A program made the translations under genes and the position numbers. A model generated the notes under the pieces. The model did not search any database, was not told where the DNA came from, and was given only the letters and a program-made list of their open reading frames with translations. Below are positions 10,094 through 17,426 of a stretch of DNA of 64,000 nucleotides, piece by piece. Every line of letters starts with the position of its first letter. The stretch's first letter is position 1. This DNA is from an uncultured Solirubrobacterales bacterium (lineage in GTDB: Bacteria; Actinomycetota; Thermoleophilia; Solirubrobacterales; JBBDJG01). The stretch is from positions 144,518 through 208,517 of the forward strand of contig CAWFMD010000005.1 of assembly GCA_963816975.1 (NCBI GenBank), written 5' to 3'.

Positions 10094-10366
10094 TTGGCGG
10101 TGACGGTCAAGATCCCGGCGCAGCTGCGGGCGCTGACCGGCAACGAGTCCGAGGCCGAGGTGGAGGCCGGCTCTGTCGGGGACGCGCTCGACGCCGTGTA
10201 CTCGCGTTACCAAGGGTTGCGCGATCGCATCACCGAGAACGGCGAGCTGCGGCGGTTCGTGAACGTGTACGTCGGCGGCGAGGACATCCGCTTCGGCAAA
10301 GGGCTCGACACCCCGGTCGCCGACGGCGACGAGATCACGATCCTGCCCGCCGTGGCGGGTGGGTAG
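10094..10366 (+). CDS. MoaD/ThiS-family sulfur-carrier protein (C-terminal GG)
   Basis: 90-aa ORF that directly abuts the preceding stop (TAG-TTG). It ends in ...ITILPAVAGG*, typical of a beta-grasp carrier. Confidence 0.75.
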   Translation: MAVTVKIPAQLRALTGNESEAEVEAGSVGDALDAVYSRYQGLRDRITENGELRRFVNVYVGGEDIRFGKGLDTPVADGDEITILPAVAGG

Positions 10367-10400
10367 CGCTCCCGCGCAGCAGTAGAGTCAGCGTTCCAGT

Positions 10401-10958
10401 ATGGACGCGCTCGACCGACTGCTCCCGACGCACGAGTTCTCCGACACGGTCAGTGTCGACACGTCCGCCGACGCAGAGCGTGCGCTGCGCGCGGCGCGCG
10501 CAGTGTCGGCCCGCGAGATGCCGCTCTCGTTGGCGCTCCTGACGGTGCGCGCGGTGCCGCTGATGCTCGCGCGTCGCCGGCTGCTCGTGCCGCGCGGCCC
10601 GCTGTGGGACGAGCTGATGCGCACCGCGGGGTTCGCGGCCTTCGCGGACGAGCCCGGGCGGCCGCTCGTGATGGGCTACATCGGCCGGCCCTGGAAGCCG
10701 ACGGCGAGCGGCGCGCCGCTGCGCACCCGGGCCGAGTTCGTCGCCTGGTCCCAGCCGGGCTGGGCAAAGGTTGCGACTGCGTTCTGGGCGGAGCCCGACG
10801 GGTCGGGGACCCGCCTGGTCACGGAGACGCGCATTCACCTGACCGACGACGCGGCCCGCCGCGCGTTCTCACGCTACTGGCGCGTTGCGCACTTCGGCAG
10901 CGTGCTGCTGCGCCGTGACTGGCTGCGCGCGGCCAAGCGGCGGGCGGAGGCGGCTTAG
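10401..10958 (+). CDS. hypothetical protein (possibly SRPBCC/START-like fold)
   Basis: 185-aa ORF with high third-position GC. Its C-terminal pattern (TETRIHLTDDAARRAFSRYWRV) is reminiscent of SRPBCC-family proteins, but I saw no diagnostic motif. Confidence 0.55.
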   Translation: MDALDRLLPTHEFSDTVSVDTSADAERALRAARAVSAREMPLSLALLTVRAVPLMLARRRLLVPRGPLWDELMRTAGFAAFADEPGRPLVMGYIGRPWKPTASGAPLRTRAEFVAWSQPGWAKVATAFWAEPDGSGTRLVTETRIHLTDDAARRAFSRYWRVAHFGSVLLRRDWLRAAKRRAEAA

Positions 10959-11008
10959 GCCAGATCAGGCGGGCGCGTCGCCTTGCGCAGCGCGGCGGGC
11001 GAGCGCAC

Positions 11009-12013
11009 TCACAGCCACCCGCGCCGGCGGAAGAAGGCGACCATCGCGACCAGTACCCCGATCATCACGCTGCTGATGATCCAGAACGCGGTCTGGTCAC
11101 CTTCGCCGGGAACGCCCACGTTCATTCCCCAGAGGCTGGCGAGGAAGGTCAGCGGCAGCACGATCACGCTGATCGACGTCAGCACCCGCAGGATGTCGTT
11201 CACGCGGTGTGAGATCACCGACTCGTTCGTGTCCTCGAGCGCCTCCACGACTTCCTTGTAGTTCTCGAGCATGTCCCAGATGCGCTCGGACGCGTCCACG
11301 ATGTCGTCGAAGTAGACCTCCAGCTCCTCGCGCATGTAACGCTGCTTGGTGCGCTCGAGGTCGCGCAGCACGGTGCGCTGCGGGCGGATGATCTTGCGGA
11401 AGTTGATGATCTCCTGCTTCACGTTGGAGATGTCGCGCACGATCTCCTCGCCGCGACCGATGAAGATGTCCTCCTCGAGCGTCTCCAGCTTGTTTCCGAT
11501 CTTCCGCAGCATCGGGAAGCAATAGTCGAAGGACTGGTCGACGATCTGGTAGAGCAGGTAGCCGGTCCCGTTGGAGAAGTACTGATCGCGCACCTCATCG
11601 TTGGTGCGGCAGCGCTCGAACAGGTACTCGACCGGCTTCAGAGGCTGGTTCGGAAGGGTGATGATGTAGTCCGGCCCGACGAACAGGTCCAGCTCGCCCG
11701 CGTTCAGCCGCCCGACCTGCTTGTCGAAGATCGGGAAGTGCAGGACGATGAACAGGTAGTCCGGGTACTCGTCGATCTTCGGCCGCTGGTTGCGGGACAT
11801 GACGTCCTCGAGGTCCAGCGGGTGAAAGGCGAACTGCTCCGCCAGCCATGCGCGCTCCAGGGGGCCGGGCTCCTCGATGTGAATCCACCGGATCCCGGCG
11901 TGCGAGACCTGCTCTACGTGCGGCTGGGTGCGCTCCTGCGAGGGGGCGGCGGCGGCGCCGTGGCGCCGCGCACGTGTCCTGCGTGGCAGTCGTGGTCGGA
12001 AGGCGATCGGCAT
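11009..12013 (-). CDS. corA: magnesium/cobalt transporter CorA
   Basis: Has a GMN motif (LWGMNVGVPG) before the last TM helix and the typical cytoplasmic domain. The start is set at ATG 12013; the track ORF runs on to 12295 as an Arg-rich, non-native-looking extension. Confidence 0.85.
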   Translation of the reverse strand: MPIAFRPRLPRRTRARRHGAAAAPSQERTQPHVEQVSHAGIRWIHIEEPGPLERAWLAEQFAFHPLDLEDVMSRNQRPKIDEYPDYLFIVLHFPIFDKQVGRLNAGELDLFVGPDYIITLPNQPLKPVEYLFERCRTNDEVRDQYFSNGTGYLLYQIVDQSFDYCFPMLRKIGNKLETLEEDIFIGRGEEIVRDISNVKQEIINFRKIIRPQRTVLRDLERTKQRYMREELEVYFDDIVDASERIWDMLENYKEVVEALEDTNESVISHRVNDILRVLTSISVIVLPLTFLASLWGMNVGVPGEGDQTAFWIISSVMIGVLVAMVAFFRRRGWL

Positions 12014-12093
12014 TGGAGCGGGTCTTCGGCGGCCGTCATCAGGGTTACCGGGGGAAAGCGCGATCGATTGTAAACCGCGGCTTGCGGGTCCAC

Positions 12094-12447
12094 TCACCTC
12101 CGGGAGGGAGCAAAGTCGTCGGGCCCGATCAGGTCCAGCGCGAGCGCCTGCGCCAGCAGGTCGGCCTCGAAGCAGATGTTGCTGCGCACGACCGCTTCGT
12201 AGAAGGCAACCATCTCCAGACGGGCTCCCGACAGCGCGTCGTCCACGCGCGCGGCGTCGCCGGCGCTGATGTCGCGGACCGTGCGCGCATCGCACTCCGG
12301 GCAGCGCAGCCGCAGCGTCAGCGCGCCACCACCACGCTCGCGCCAGGCCTCCAGTTGCAGCAGGTCGGATGCGCAGGCGTTGCAGACCGGCGGCATGCGC
12401 TCGCGCAGCGCAAGCGGATATGTCTTGTCGGCCGACTCGTCGTCCAT
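12094..12447 (-). CDS. hypothetical protein with CxxC...CxxC zinc-ribbon
   Basis: 117-aa ORF containing VCNAC...CPEC, sitting immediately upstream of corA on the same strand. Confidence 0.5.
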   Translation of the reverse strand: MDDESADKTYPLALRERMPPVCNACASDLLQLEAWRERGGGALTLRLRCPECDARTVRDISAGDAARVDDALSGARLEMVAFYEAVVRSNICFEADLLAQALALDLIGPDDFAPSRR

Positions 12448-12500
12448 GGCGCGATCCGGATGAACGCTACGGGCGGCGGCTGACGTAACGGGCCGGGAGG

Positions 12501-13178
12501 GTGTGTCAGGCTTTGGCTGTGGAAGCCACCACGCTCCCCACGAGCCGCCGCCCCTGGGGTCGCTGGGCTGCGTTCGGCGCGGCGCTGCTCTTCCTCGCGT
12601 TGCTCGTATATGGGCTGGCGGCGAAGGGCACCAGCGATGAGATCGACTCGGCCCTGGCCGAGGGCCGCGCGCCGCGTGCGCCCGGTTTCACGCTCGAGGT
12701 GCTGGAGCGCGGTTCGGTGCCCGCCCGCCTGGAACGGATGCTGGGAGCCGCGATGTCCGACGGCAAGCTGTCGGTATCCGAGCTCCTGGGCACCCCGGTG
12801 GTGCTCAACCTGTGGGCCTCGTGGTGTACGCCCTGCGAGGAGGAGTCCCCGCGGCTGCGCGAGGGCTGGGAGCGCTTTGGGCCGCGTGGCATCGCGTTCC
12901 TCGGGGTGAACATCCAGGACCTGCGCGGCGATGCGCGGGCGTTCAGCGACAGATTCGGCCTCACCTATCCGAGCGTCCGGGACGCCCGCCGCGGCGTCGC
13001 CGACGACTATGGCGCGACCGGGATTCCGGAAACGTTCTTCGTGGACGCCCGCGGCCGGGTGGTGGGCCACGTGATCGGGGTCGTGTCGGCCTCCCAGCTG
13101 GCCGCTGGGGTACGGGCGGCCCTCGCGGGCCGGGTCGCGGGGACGGTGTCCGGTGGTCGCAGCTTCGAGGTGCGATGA
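12501..13178 (+). CDS. TlpA/ResA-like membrane-anchored thiol-disulfide oxidoreductase
   Basis: Has an N-terminal TM segment (AAFGAALLFLALLVYGL) and the thioredoxin motif LWASWCTPCEEE. Confidence 0.8.
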   Translation: MCQALAVEATTLPTSRRPWGRWAAFGAALLFLALLVYGLAAKGTSDEIDSALAEGRAPRAPGFTLEVLERGSVPARLERMLGAAMSDGKLSVSELLGTPVVLNLWASWCTPCEEESPRLREGWERFGPRGIAFLGVNIQDLRGDARAFSDRFGLTYPSVRDARRGVADDYGATGIPETFFVDARGRVVGHVIGVVSASQLAAGVRAALAGRVAGTVSGGRSFEVR

Positions 13179-13274
13179 ATCCGCGGCGCGCCGGCCGTCT
13201 GTTTCATGACAGTTCCCTTGCAGGCCCGAGGTTCTTGCGTAAGTAACATCCTTTGTGTCGAATGAAGGAAGGAC

Positions 13275-14201
13275 ATGGCTAGATCGATCTGGAGAGGCGC
13301 GATCAGCTTCGGGCTCGTGAACGTGCCCGTGAAGCTCTACAGCGCCGTTTCGAAGAAGACCGTCCGGTTCAACCAGCTGCACGACGCAGACGGGGTGCGG
13401 ATCCAGCAGAAGCGCGTCTGCCCTGCCGACGGCGAAGAGGTTCCCTACGACAACATCGTCAAGGGATATGAGATCGCACCGGACAAGTACGTGATCATCA
13501 CGCCCGAGGAGCTGGAGGCGCTCGATCCCAAGAAGACCCGCACGATCGACATCGAGGACTTCGTCGACCTGGACGAGATCGACCCGCTCTACTACGAGCA
13601 CCCGTATTACCTGGTGCCCGACACCGGTGCGTCCAAGGCCTACCGCCTGCTGCTCGACGCGCTGCGCGAGACCAACAAGGTGGCGATCGCGCGGGTGGTG
13701 CTGCGCTCCAAGGAGTACCTGACCGCGATCAGGCCGGCGGGCGAGGTGCTGACCATGGAGACGATGCTGTTCGCCGACGAGCTCGTGCCGTCGGATCGGC
13801 TGGACGAGCTGCCGGACGACGACACGCGCGCCACGGACCGCGAGTTGGCGATGGCACGCCAGCTGATCGAGTCGCAGGCGACGGAGTTCGACCCCTCCAA
13901 GTACCGCGACGAGTATCGCGAGCGGGTACTGGATCTGATCGAGCGCAAGGCGGCCGGTGAGGACATCTCCGTGCAGCCCGACCTGGAGGAGCCGACCGAG
14001 GTCCCGGACCTGATGGCCGCGCTCGAGGCAAGCCTGGCCGCCGCCACGGGGCCCAACGGCGCCCCGTCGAAGTCGAAGAAGCCGGCCGCAAAGAAGAGCG
14101 CCGCGAAGAAGCCGGCCGCGAAGAAGCCGGCGGCGCAGAAACCGGCGGCGAAGAAGCCCGCCGCGCGCACGAAGCGCGCGAAGGCCGGCTCCCGCTCCTA
14201 G
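13275..14201 (+). CDS. ku: NHEJ protein Ku
   Basis: The N-terminus MARSIWRGAISFGLVNVPVKLYSA is the classic bacterial Ku start. [14 protein letters not shown] lies upstream, and the protein has a Lys/Ala/Pro-rich C-terminal tail. Confidence 0.95.
   Translation: MARSIWRGAISFGLVNVPVKLYSAVSKKTVRFNQLHDADGVRIQQKRVCPADGEEVPYDNIVKGYEIAPDKYVIITPEELEALDPKKTRTIDIEDFVDLDEIDPLYYEHPYYLVPDTGASKAYRLLLDALRETNKVAIARVVLRSKEYLTAIRPAGEVLTMETMLFADELVPSDRLDELPDDDTRATDRELAMARQLIESQATEFDPSKYRDEYRERVLDLIERKAAGEDISVQPDLEEPTEVPDLMAALEASLAAATGPNGAPSKSKKPAAKKSAAKKPAAKKPAAQKPAAKKPAARTKRAKAGSRS
14076..14165 (+). repeat. six tandem 15-nt in-frame repeats encoding (KKPAA)n in the Ku tail
   Basis: The units aagaagccggccgca / aagaagagcgccgcg / aagaagccggccgcg / aagaagccggcggcg / cagaaaccggcggcg / aagaagcccgccgcg were read directly from the sequence. 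Confidence 0.9.
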
Positions 14202-14962
14202 CGGCGGTCTTCGCCCAGCGCGCGCCGCAGCGCGAGCGCGTTGCGCACGGCGTACGTCTCCCAGTCGTTGTTGAAGTAGGCGTACACGTCGACGGAGCGG
14301 CGCCACCGTGCGATGCGGCGCGCCCAGGTCTCCAGCTCGGTCTTGGAGTAGTTGCCGCCGCGCCCACGGCCTCCGTGGTGAAACCGCACGAAGGTCCAGT
14401 CGGCTGTCAGCTCGTGGGGCTGGAACGGGCGCTCCGGGTGATCGCCGATCACGAGCGCGCTCCCCGCCTGCCGCAGCACGGAGTAGACGTCGTCGTTGAA
14501 CCAGCTCGGGTGCCGGAACTCGAAGCAGTGCATGCCGTCCGGCAGCTGGTCCAACGCCGCCTGCAACCGTGCCAGGTCACAGCGGAAGTTCGCGGGCAGC
14601 TGCCACAGCACGGGGCCGAGCTTGCCGGCGTCGATCAAGGGCTCGATGCGCTCGTGGAACCGCTGCCAGCCCTCGGCGACGGTCCCGAGCCGCTTGACGT
14701 GCGTGAGGTAACGGCTGGCCTTGACGGCGAATACGAAGTCCGGCGGCGTCTGCTTCGCCCAGTGCTCGACCGCGGTCCGCTGGGGCAGCCGGTAGAAGGT
14801 GTTGTTGACCTCGACCGTGCGGAAGCGCTGCGCATAGTGCTCGAGCCACAGGCGCGCGGGCAGCCCCTTGGGGTAGAAGGACTCGCGCCAGGCAGGGTAG
14901 TTCCAGCCCGAGCAGCCGACGAGCAGCCCGTGGGGCCGAGCCGCGCGTGCCGCGGGCGCCAT
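14198..14962 (-). CDS. DUF72 family protein
   Basis: Carries the conserved GCSGWNYPAWRESFYP...FRTVEVNNTFYRLP region. The start is set at ATG 14962. Its stop overlaps the ku stop in a shared CTAG. Confidence 0.8.
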   Translation of the reverse strand: MAPAARAARPHGLLVGCSGWNYPAWRESFYPKGLPARLWLEHYAQRFRTVEVNNTFYRLPQRTAVEHWAKQTPPDFVFAVKASRYLTHVKRLGTVAEGWQRFHERIEPLIDAGKLGPVLWQLPANFRCDLARLQAALDQLPDGMHCFEFRHPSWFNDDVYSVLRQAGSALVIGDHPERPFQPHELTADWTFVRFHHGGRGRGGNYSKTELETWARRIARWRRSVDVYAYFNNDWETYAVRNALALRRALGEDRR

Positions 14963-15024
14963 CACCGGGGCGCGGACGTGCGCGGGTTTGGCGCGCGCCG
15001 CCGCTGCGGTACACAGGGAGGGCG

Positions 15025-15684
15025 ATGACTGCTCCGGCCGCGCTCCTGGACGTCGACGGGACCCTCGTCGACACCAACTACCACCACGCCGTCGCCTGGT
15101 ACCGCGCCTTTCGCCGGCAGGGCGTGGTGCTGCCGCTGTGGCGCATCCACCGCCACATGGGCATGGGAGGGGACCAGCTCGTCGCCGCCCTGTGCGACGC
15201 CGAGACCGACCGCCGCGTGGGAGACGCGGTGCGCGCCGCCGAGCAGGACCTGTACATGGAGCTGATCGACGAGGTCGAGCCGCTGCCACGGGCGCGTGAG
15301 CTGCTGGAGGTGCTCGCGGCGCGTGGCCATGCGGTCGTGCTCGTGAGCTCGGCGAAGAGCCACGAGGTGGAACGCTACCTGGAGCTGCTCGACGCCCGCG
15401 CGCTCGTGCAGGCCTGGACCACGTCTGCCGACGTGGAGCGCACCAAGCCGCACCCGGACCTGGTGGGCGCGGCGCAGCGCAAGGCCGGGGCCGAGCGGGC
15501 CGTGATGCTGGGCGACTCGACCTGGGACTGCATCGCGGCGGCGCGCTGCGGGCTGCCCACCGTGGCGCTGCTCACCGGCGGTTTCTCCGAGCAGGAGCTG
15601 CGGGCGGCCGGCGCGGCCTGCGTGTACGAGTCGATCGGCGACCTGATCGAGCGGCTCGCCGAGACGCCGCTGGCCCGCGCCTGA
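15025..15684 (+). CDS. HAD-family hydrolase
   Basis: HAD motif I is LLDVDGTLVDT, with later GDSTWD. The ATG at 15025 is preceded by AGGGAGGG. Confidence 0.8.
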   Translation: MTAPAALLDVDGTLVDTNYHHAVAWYRAFRRQGVVLPLWRIHRHMGMGGDQLVAALCDAETDRRVGDAVRAAEQDLYMELIDEVEPLPRARELLEVLAARGHAVVLVSSAKSHEVERYLELLDARALVQAWTTSADVERTKPHPDLVGAAQRKAGAERAVMLGDSTWDCIAAARCGLPTVALLTGGFSEQELRAAGAACVYESIGDLIERLAETPLARA

Positions 15685-15745
15685 GCCACGTCACGGTGTC
15701 AGATGGCCATGTTTTGCGCCACGCTGCCGGGGTAACCGTTCCAGC

Positions 15746-16612
15746 ATGGCCACCCGACCCACCGACGACCGCCCCGCGGGCGGCGCCAAGCGTGTGCTCG
15801 TGCTCGCCAACGAGGCCGTCGGCGGAGAGCGGCTGGTCGAGGAGATCGCCGCGCGCGTCGGGGACTCCGGCAGCGCGACGGTGAGGATCGTCTCACCGGC
15901 GCTGGTGGCCTCCCCGCTGGACCTGGCCGCCGGCGACGTCGACGACGAGATCGAGGCCGCACGGCTGCGCCTCGGGGCCTCGATCGACGCGCTGCGCCGG
16001 CAGGGCATCGAGGCCGGCGGAGAGGTGGGGGAGGCCGAGCCCGCGCTCGCCCTGCGGGACGCGCTCGTCAAGTTCCCGGCCGACGACGTGATCGTGATCG
16101 CCCACCCCGAGGAGTCCGCCACGTGGCTGGAGCAGGGCCTGCTCGAGGACGTGCGGCGCGACCTGACGGTGCCGATCACGTACGTCGAGGCCGAATCCGG
16201 CCCCGCCGGCACGGCGGTCAAGGACGTGCGCGAGGTGCGGCCCGCGGGTCGTGAGCACGCCGCCCGGCGCCGCGCCGAGGAGGCCGCCACGGACTACCTG
16301 CCGCCGATGCCGCGCCGCGACCGCGTCGCACTCGCGCTGGGCCCGCTCGGCACGGTCGCGCTGTGGTTGCTGGCCTCGGACTGCCAGGGCCGGCTCGCGC
16401 ACGACTTCGGCGGATTGGACGCCGGCTGCGTCGCCGTCACGCTGCTCGCCGTCGTCGGCCTGGTCGTGACGGCCATCCACGTCCCCGCGCTGCTACTGCT
16501 GCGCAGCGGCCGGGCCACCAGCAAGGGCCTGGCCGACTTCATGTCGCTGACCATCCTGGCCTACTTCCCGGCGGCGCTGGTCGCCGGCGTGATCGTCGCG
16601 GCGGTCGTCTGA
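15746..16612 (+). CDS. hypothetical protein: soluble N-terminal alpha/beta-like domain plus C-terminal TM helices
   Basis: 288-aa ORF with high GC3. The N-terminal part reads KRVLVLANEAVGG...DDVIVIAHPEESATWLE, and about three hydrophobic helices occupy the last ~90 aa. Confidence 0.6.
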   Translation: MATRPTDDRPAGGAKRVLVLANEAVGGERLVEEIAARVGDSGSATVRIVSPALVASPLDLAAGDVDDEIEAARLRLGASIDALRRQGIEAGGEVGEAEPALALRDALVKFPADDVIVIAHPEESATWLEQGLLEDVRRDLTVPITYVEAESGPAGTAVKDVREVRPAGREHAARRRAEEAATDYLPPMPRRDRVALALGPLGTVALWLLASDCQGRLAHDFGGLDAGCVAVTLLAVVGLVVTAIHVPALLLLRSGRATSKGLADFMSLTILAYFPAALVAGVIVAAVV

Positions 16613-16845
16613 TGGGCGACGACGGCGGCCGGACCTCCCCCGAGCCGGCGGAGTCGCGCGAGCCGCCCGCCGGCAGCCAGAACCGCGAGCGCGAGGGACC
16701 TGGGTCCGGCACCGAGCACGAGCAGCCCGACGTGCCCGGCAAGGACGTGTCGCCCGACCCGCTGCCGCCTGCGCGGGACGACCGGCGCACCGATCGGGAG
16801 GCCGACGAGTCCTTTCCGGCCAGCGATCCCCCGGCCAACTACTAG
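16612..16845 (+). CDS. small acidic/Pro-rich hypothetical protein ending ...ESFPASDPPANY
   Basis: Its ATG overlaps the upstream stop (cTGATGg, ATGA-type coupling). 77 aa. Confidence 0.5.
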   Translation: MGDDGGRTSPEPAESREPPAGSQNREREGPGSGTEHEQPDVPGKDVSPDPLPPARDDRRTDREADESFPASDPPANY

Positions 16846-16866
16846 CTAGTTTCGCCCCCAGAAAGA

Positions 16867-16928
16867 GGAAAGCGCCCGCCGGGAGGACAGACGCTTTCCA
16901 AGAGGTGCCTTGCCGCTGGCTGGCAAGG
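16867..16928 (+). terminator. two consecutive GC-rich hairpins downstream of the 15746-16845 gene pair (putative terminator region)
   Basis: The stems are GGAAAGCG...CGCTTTCC (16867-16899) and CCTTGCC-gctggct-GGCAAGG (16908-16928). No strong T-tract follows either. Confidence 0.35.
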
Positions 16929-17023
16929 GTTCTACTTTGGAGGTGCTTCCGTTATCGCCTCGAAACCCGGTTCCTAAACCCGCTGCGGGGAAAGTTTTCT
17001 CCGGGTCGGGCCTGGCGCCTGGC

Positions 17024-17029
17024 TATGAT
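17024..17029 (+). promoter_or_regulatory. -10-like hexamer TATGAT, 8 nt upstream of ATG 17038 (leaderless-type arrangement)
   Basis: A TANNNT hexamer in a GC-rich context, with the same N8 spacing seen at mihF, dapA and rpsO. Confidence 0.4.
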
Positions 17030-17037
17030 CCGCCGCG

Positions 17038-17214
17038 ATGGCCCTCCTGATCATCTTCGTCGGGTTCACGACCGTCACAGCAGCCGCGATCGGCGGGGCC
17101 GTGGCCGCCGGTACGACGACCGCCGTGCTGGGGGCCCTGGGGCTGCATCTGGTCGGCTCGGTGATCGTGATCGGCGCGACCCTGGCCGCGCTCGGGCCCG
17201 ACGGCAGCGACTGA
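17038..17214 (+). CDS. putative 58-aa hydrophobic mini-protein
   Basis: My own translation is MALLIIFVGFTTVTAAAIGGAVAAGTTTAVLGALGLHLVGSVIVIGATLAALGPDGSD. It is below the ORF-track size cut-off and is preceded by the TATGAT-N8 promoter-like element. Confidence 0.35.
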   Translation: MALLIIFVGFTTVTAAAIGGAVAAGTTTAVLGALGLHLVGSVIVIGATLAALGPDGSD

Positions 17215-17228
17215 CAGCGGAAGATCGT

Positions 17229-17339
17229 CTAGCGCCCGCGGCGGCGTGTGTGGATCCACTCGTTGACGATCCACCAGGCAAACGTCGCCGCCACCACGAA
17301 CCAGCCGATCAGCAGCAGCGTTTGGGAGAACGACGCCAT
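17229..17339 (-). CDS. putative 36-aa single-TM mini-protein
   Basis: My own translation is MASFSQTLLLIGWFVVAATFAWWIVNEWIHTRRRGR. It is convergent with the 58-aa ORF, and the GGAG sits too close to the ATG to be a good RBS. Confidence 0.25.
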   Translation of the reverse strand: MASFSQTLLLIGWFVVAATFAWWIVNEWIHTRRRGR

Positions 17340-17426
17340 GCTCCGAGGCTAGCTGCGATCCACGCGAGCGGCAAGCGTTTTGGTGCCGCCGCTGACACCG
17401 TTTAGGATTCCGGCCGAGGGGTTCCT

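Noticed and set aside
12014-12295. The N-terminal 94 codons of the 428-aa corA track ORF. Similar long N-terminal extensions occur for the DUF72, HAD, rnz, pyrK, pyrD, thpR and amidase ORFs.
   Set aside because: The extensions are Arg/Pro-rich and overlap neighbouring genes. Internal starts give proteins of normal length, often with RBS or stop-start coupling.
12448-12500. A possible Mg2+ (M-box) leader for the corA unit
   Set aside because: The available non-coding DNA is only about 50 nt and shows no extended structure.
14076-14165. A regular 15-nt tandem repeat that could be mistaken for a minisatellite or a CRISPR-like array
   Set aside because: The units are contiguous with no spacers. 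They lie in frame inside ku and simply encode the (KKPAA)n tail.
17340-17426. A possible Moco riboswitch upstream of the molybdopterin oxidoreductase
   Set aside because: The spacer is under 90 nt, much shorter than that aptamer, and I could not find its conserved core.
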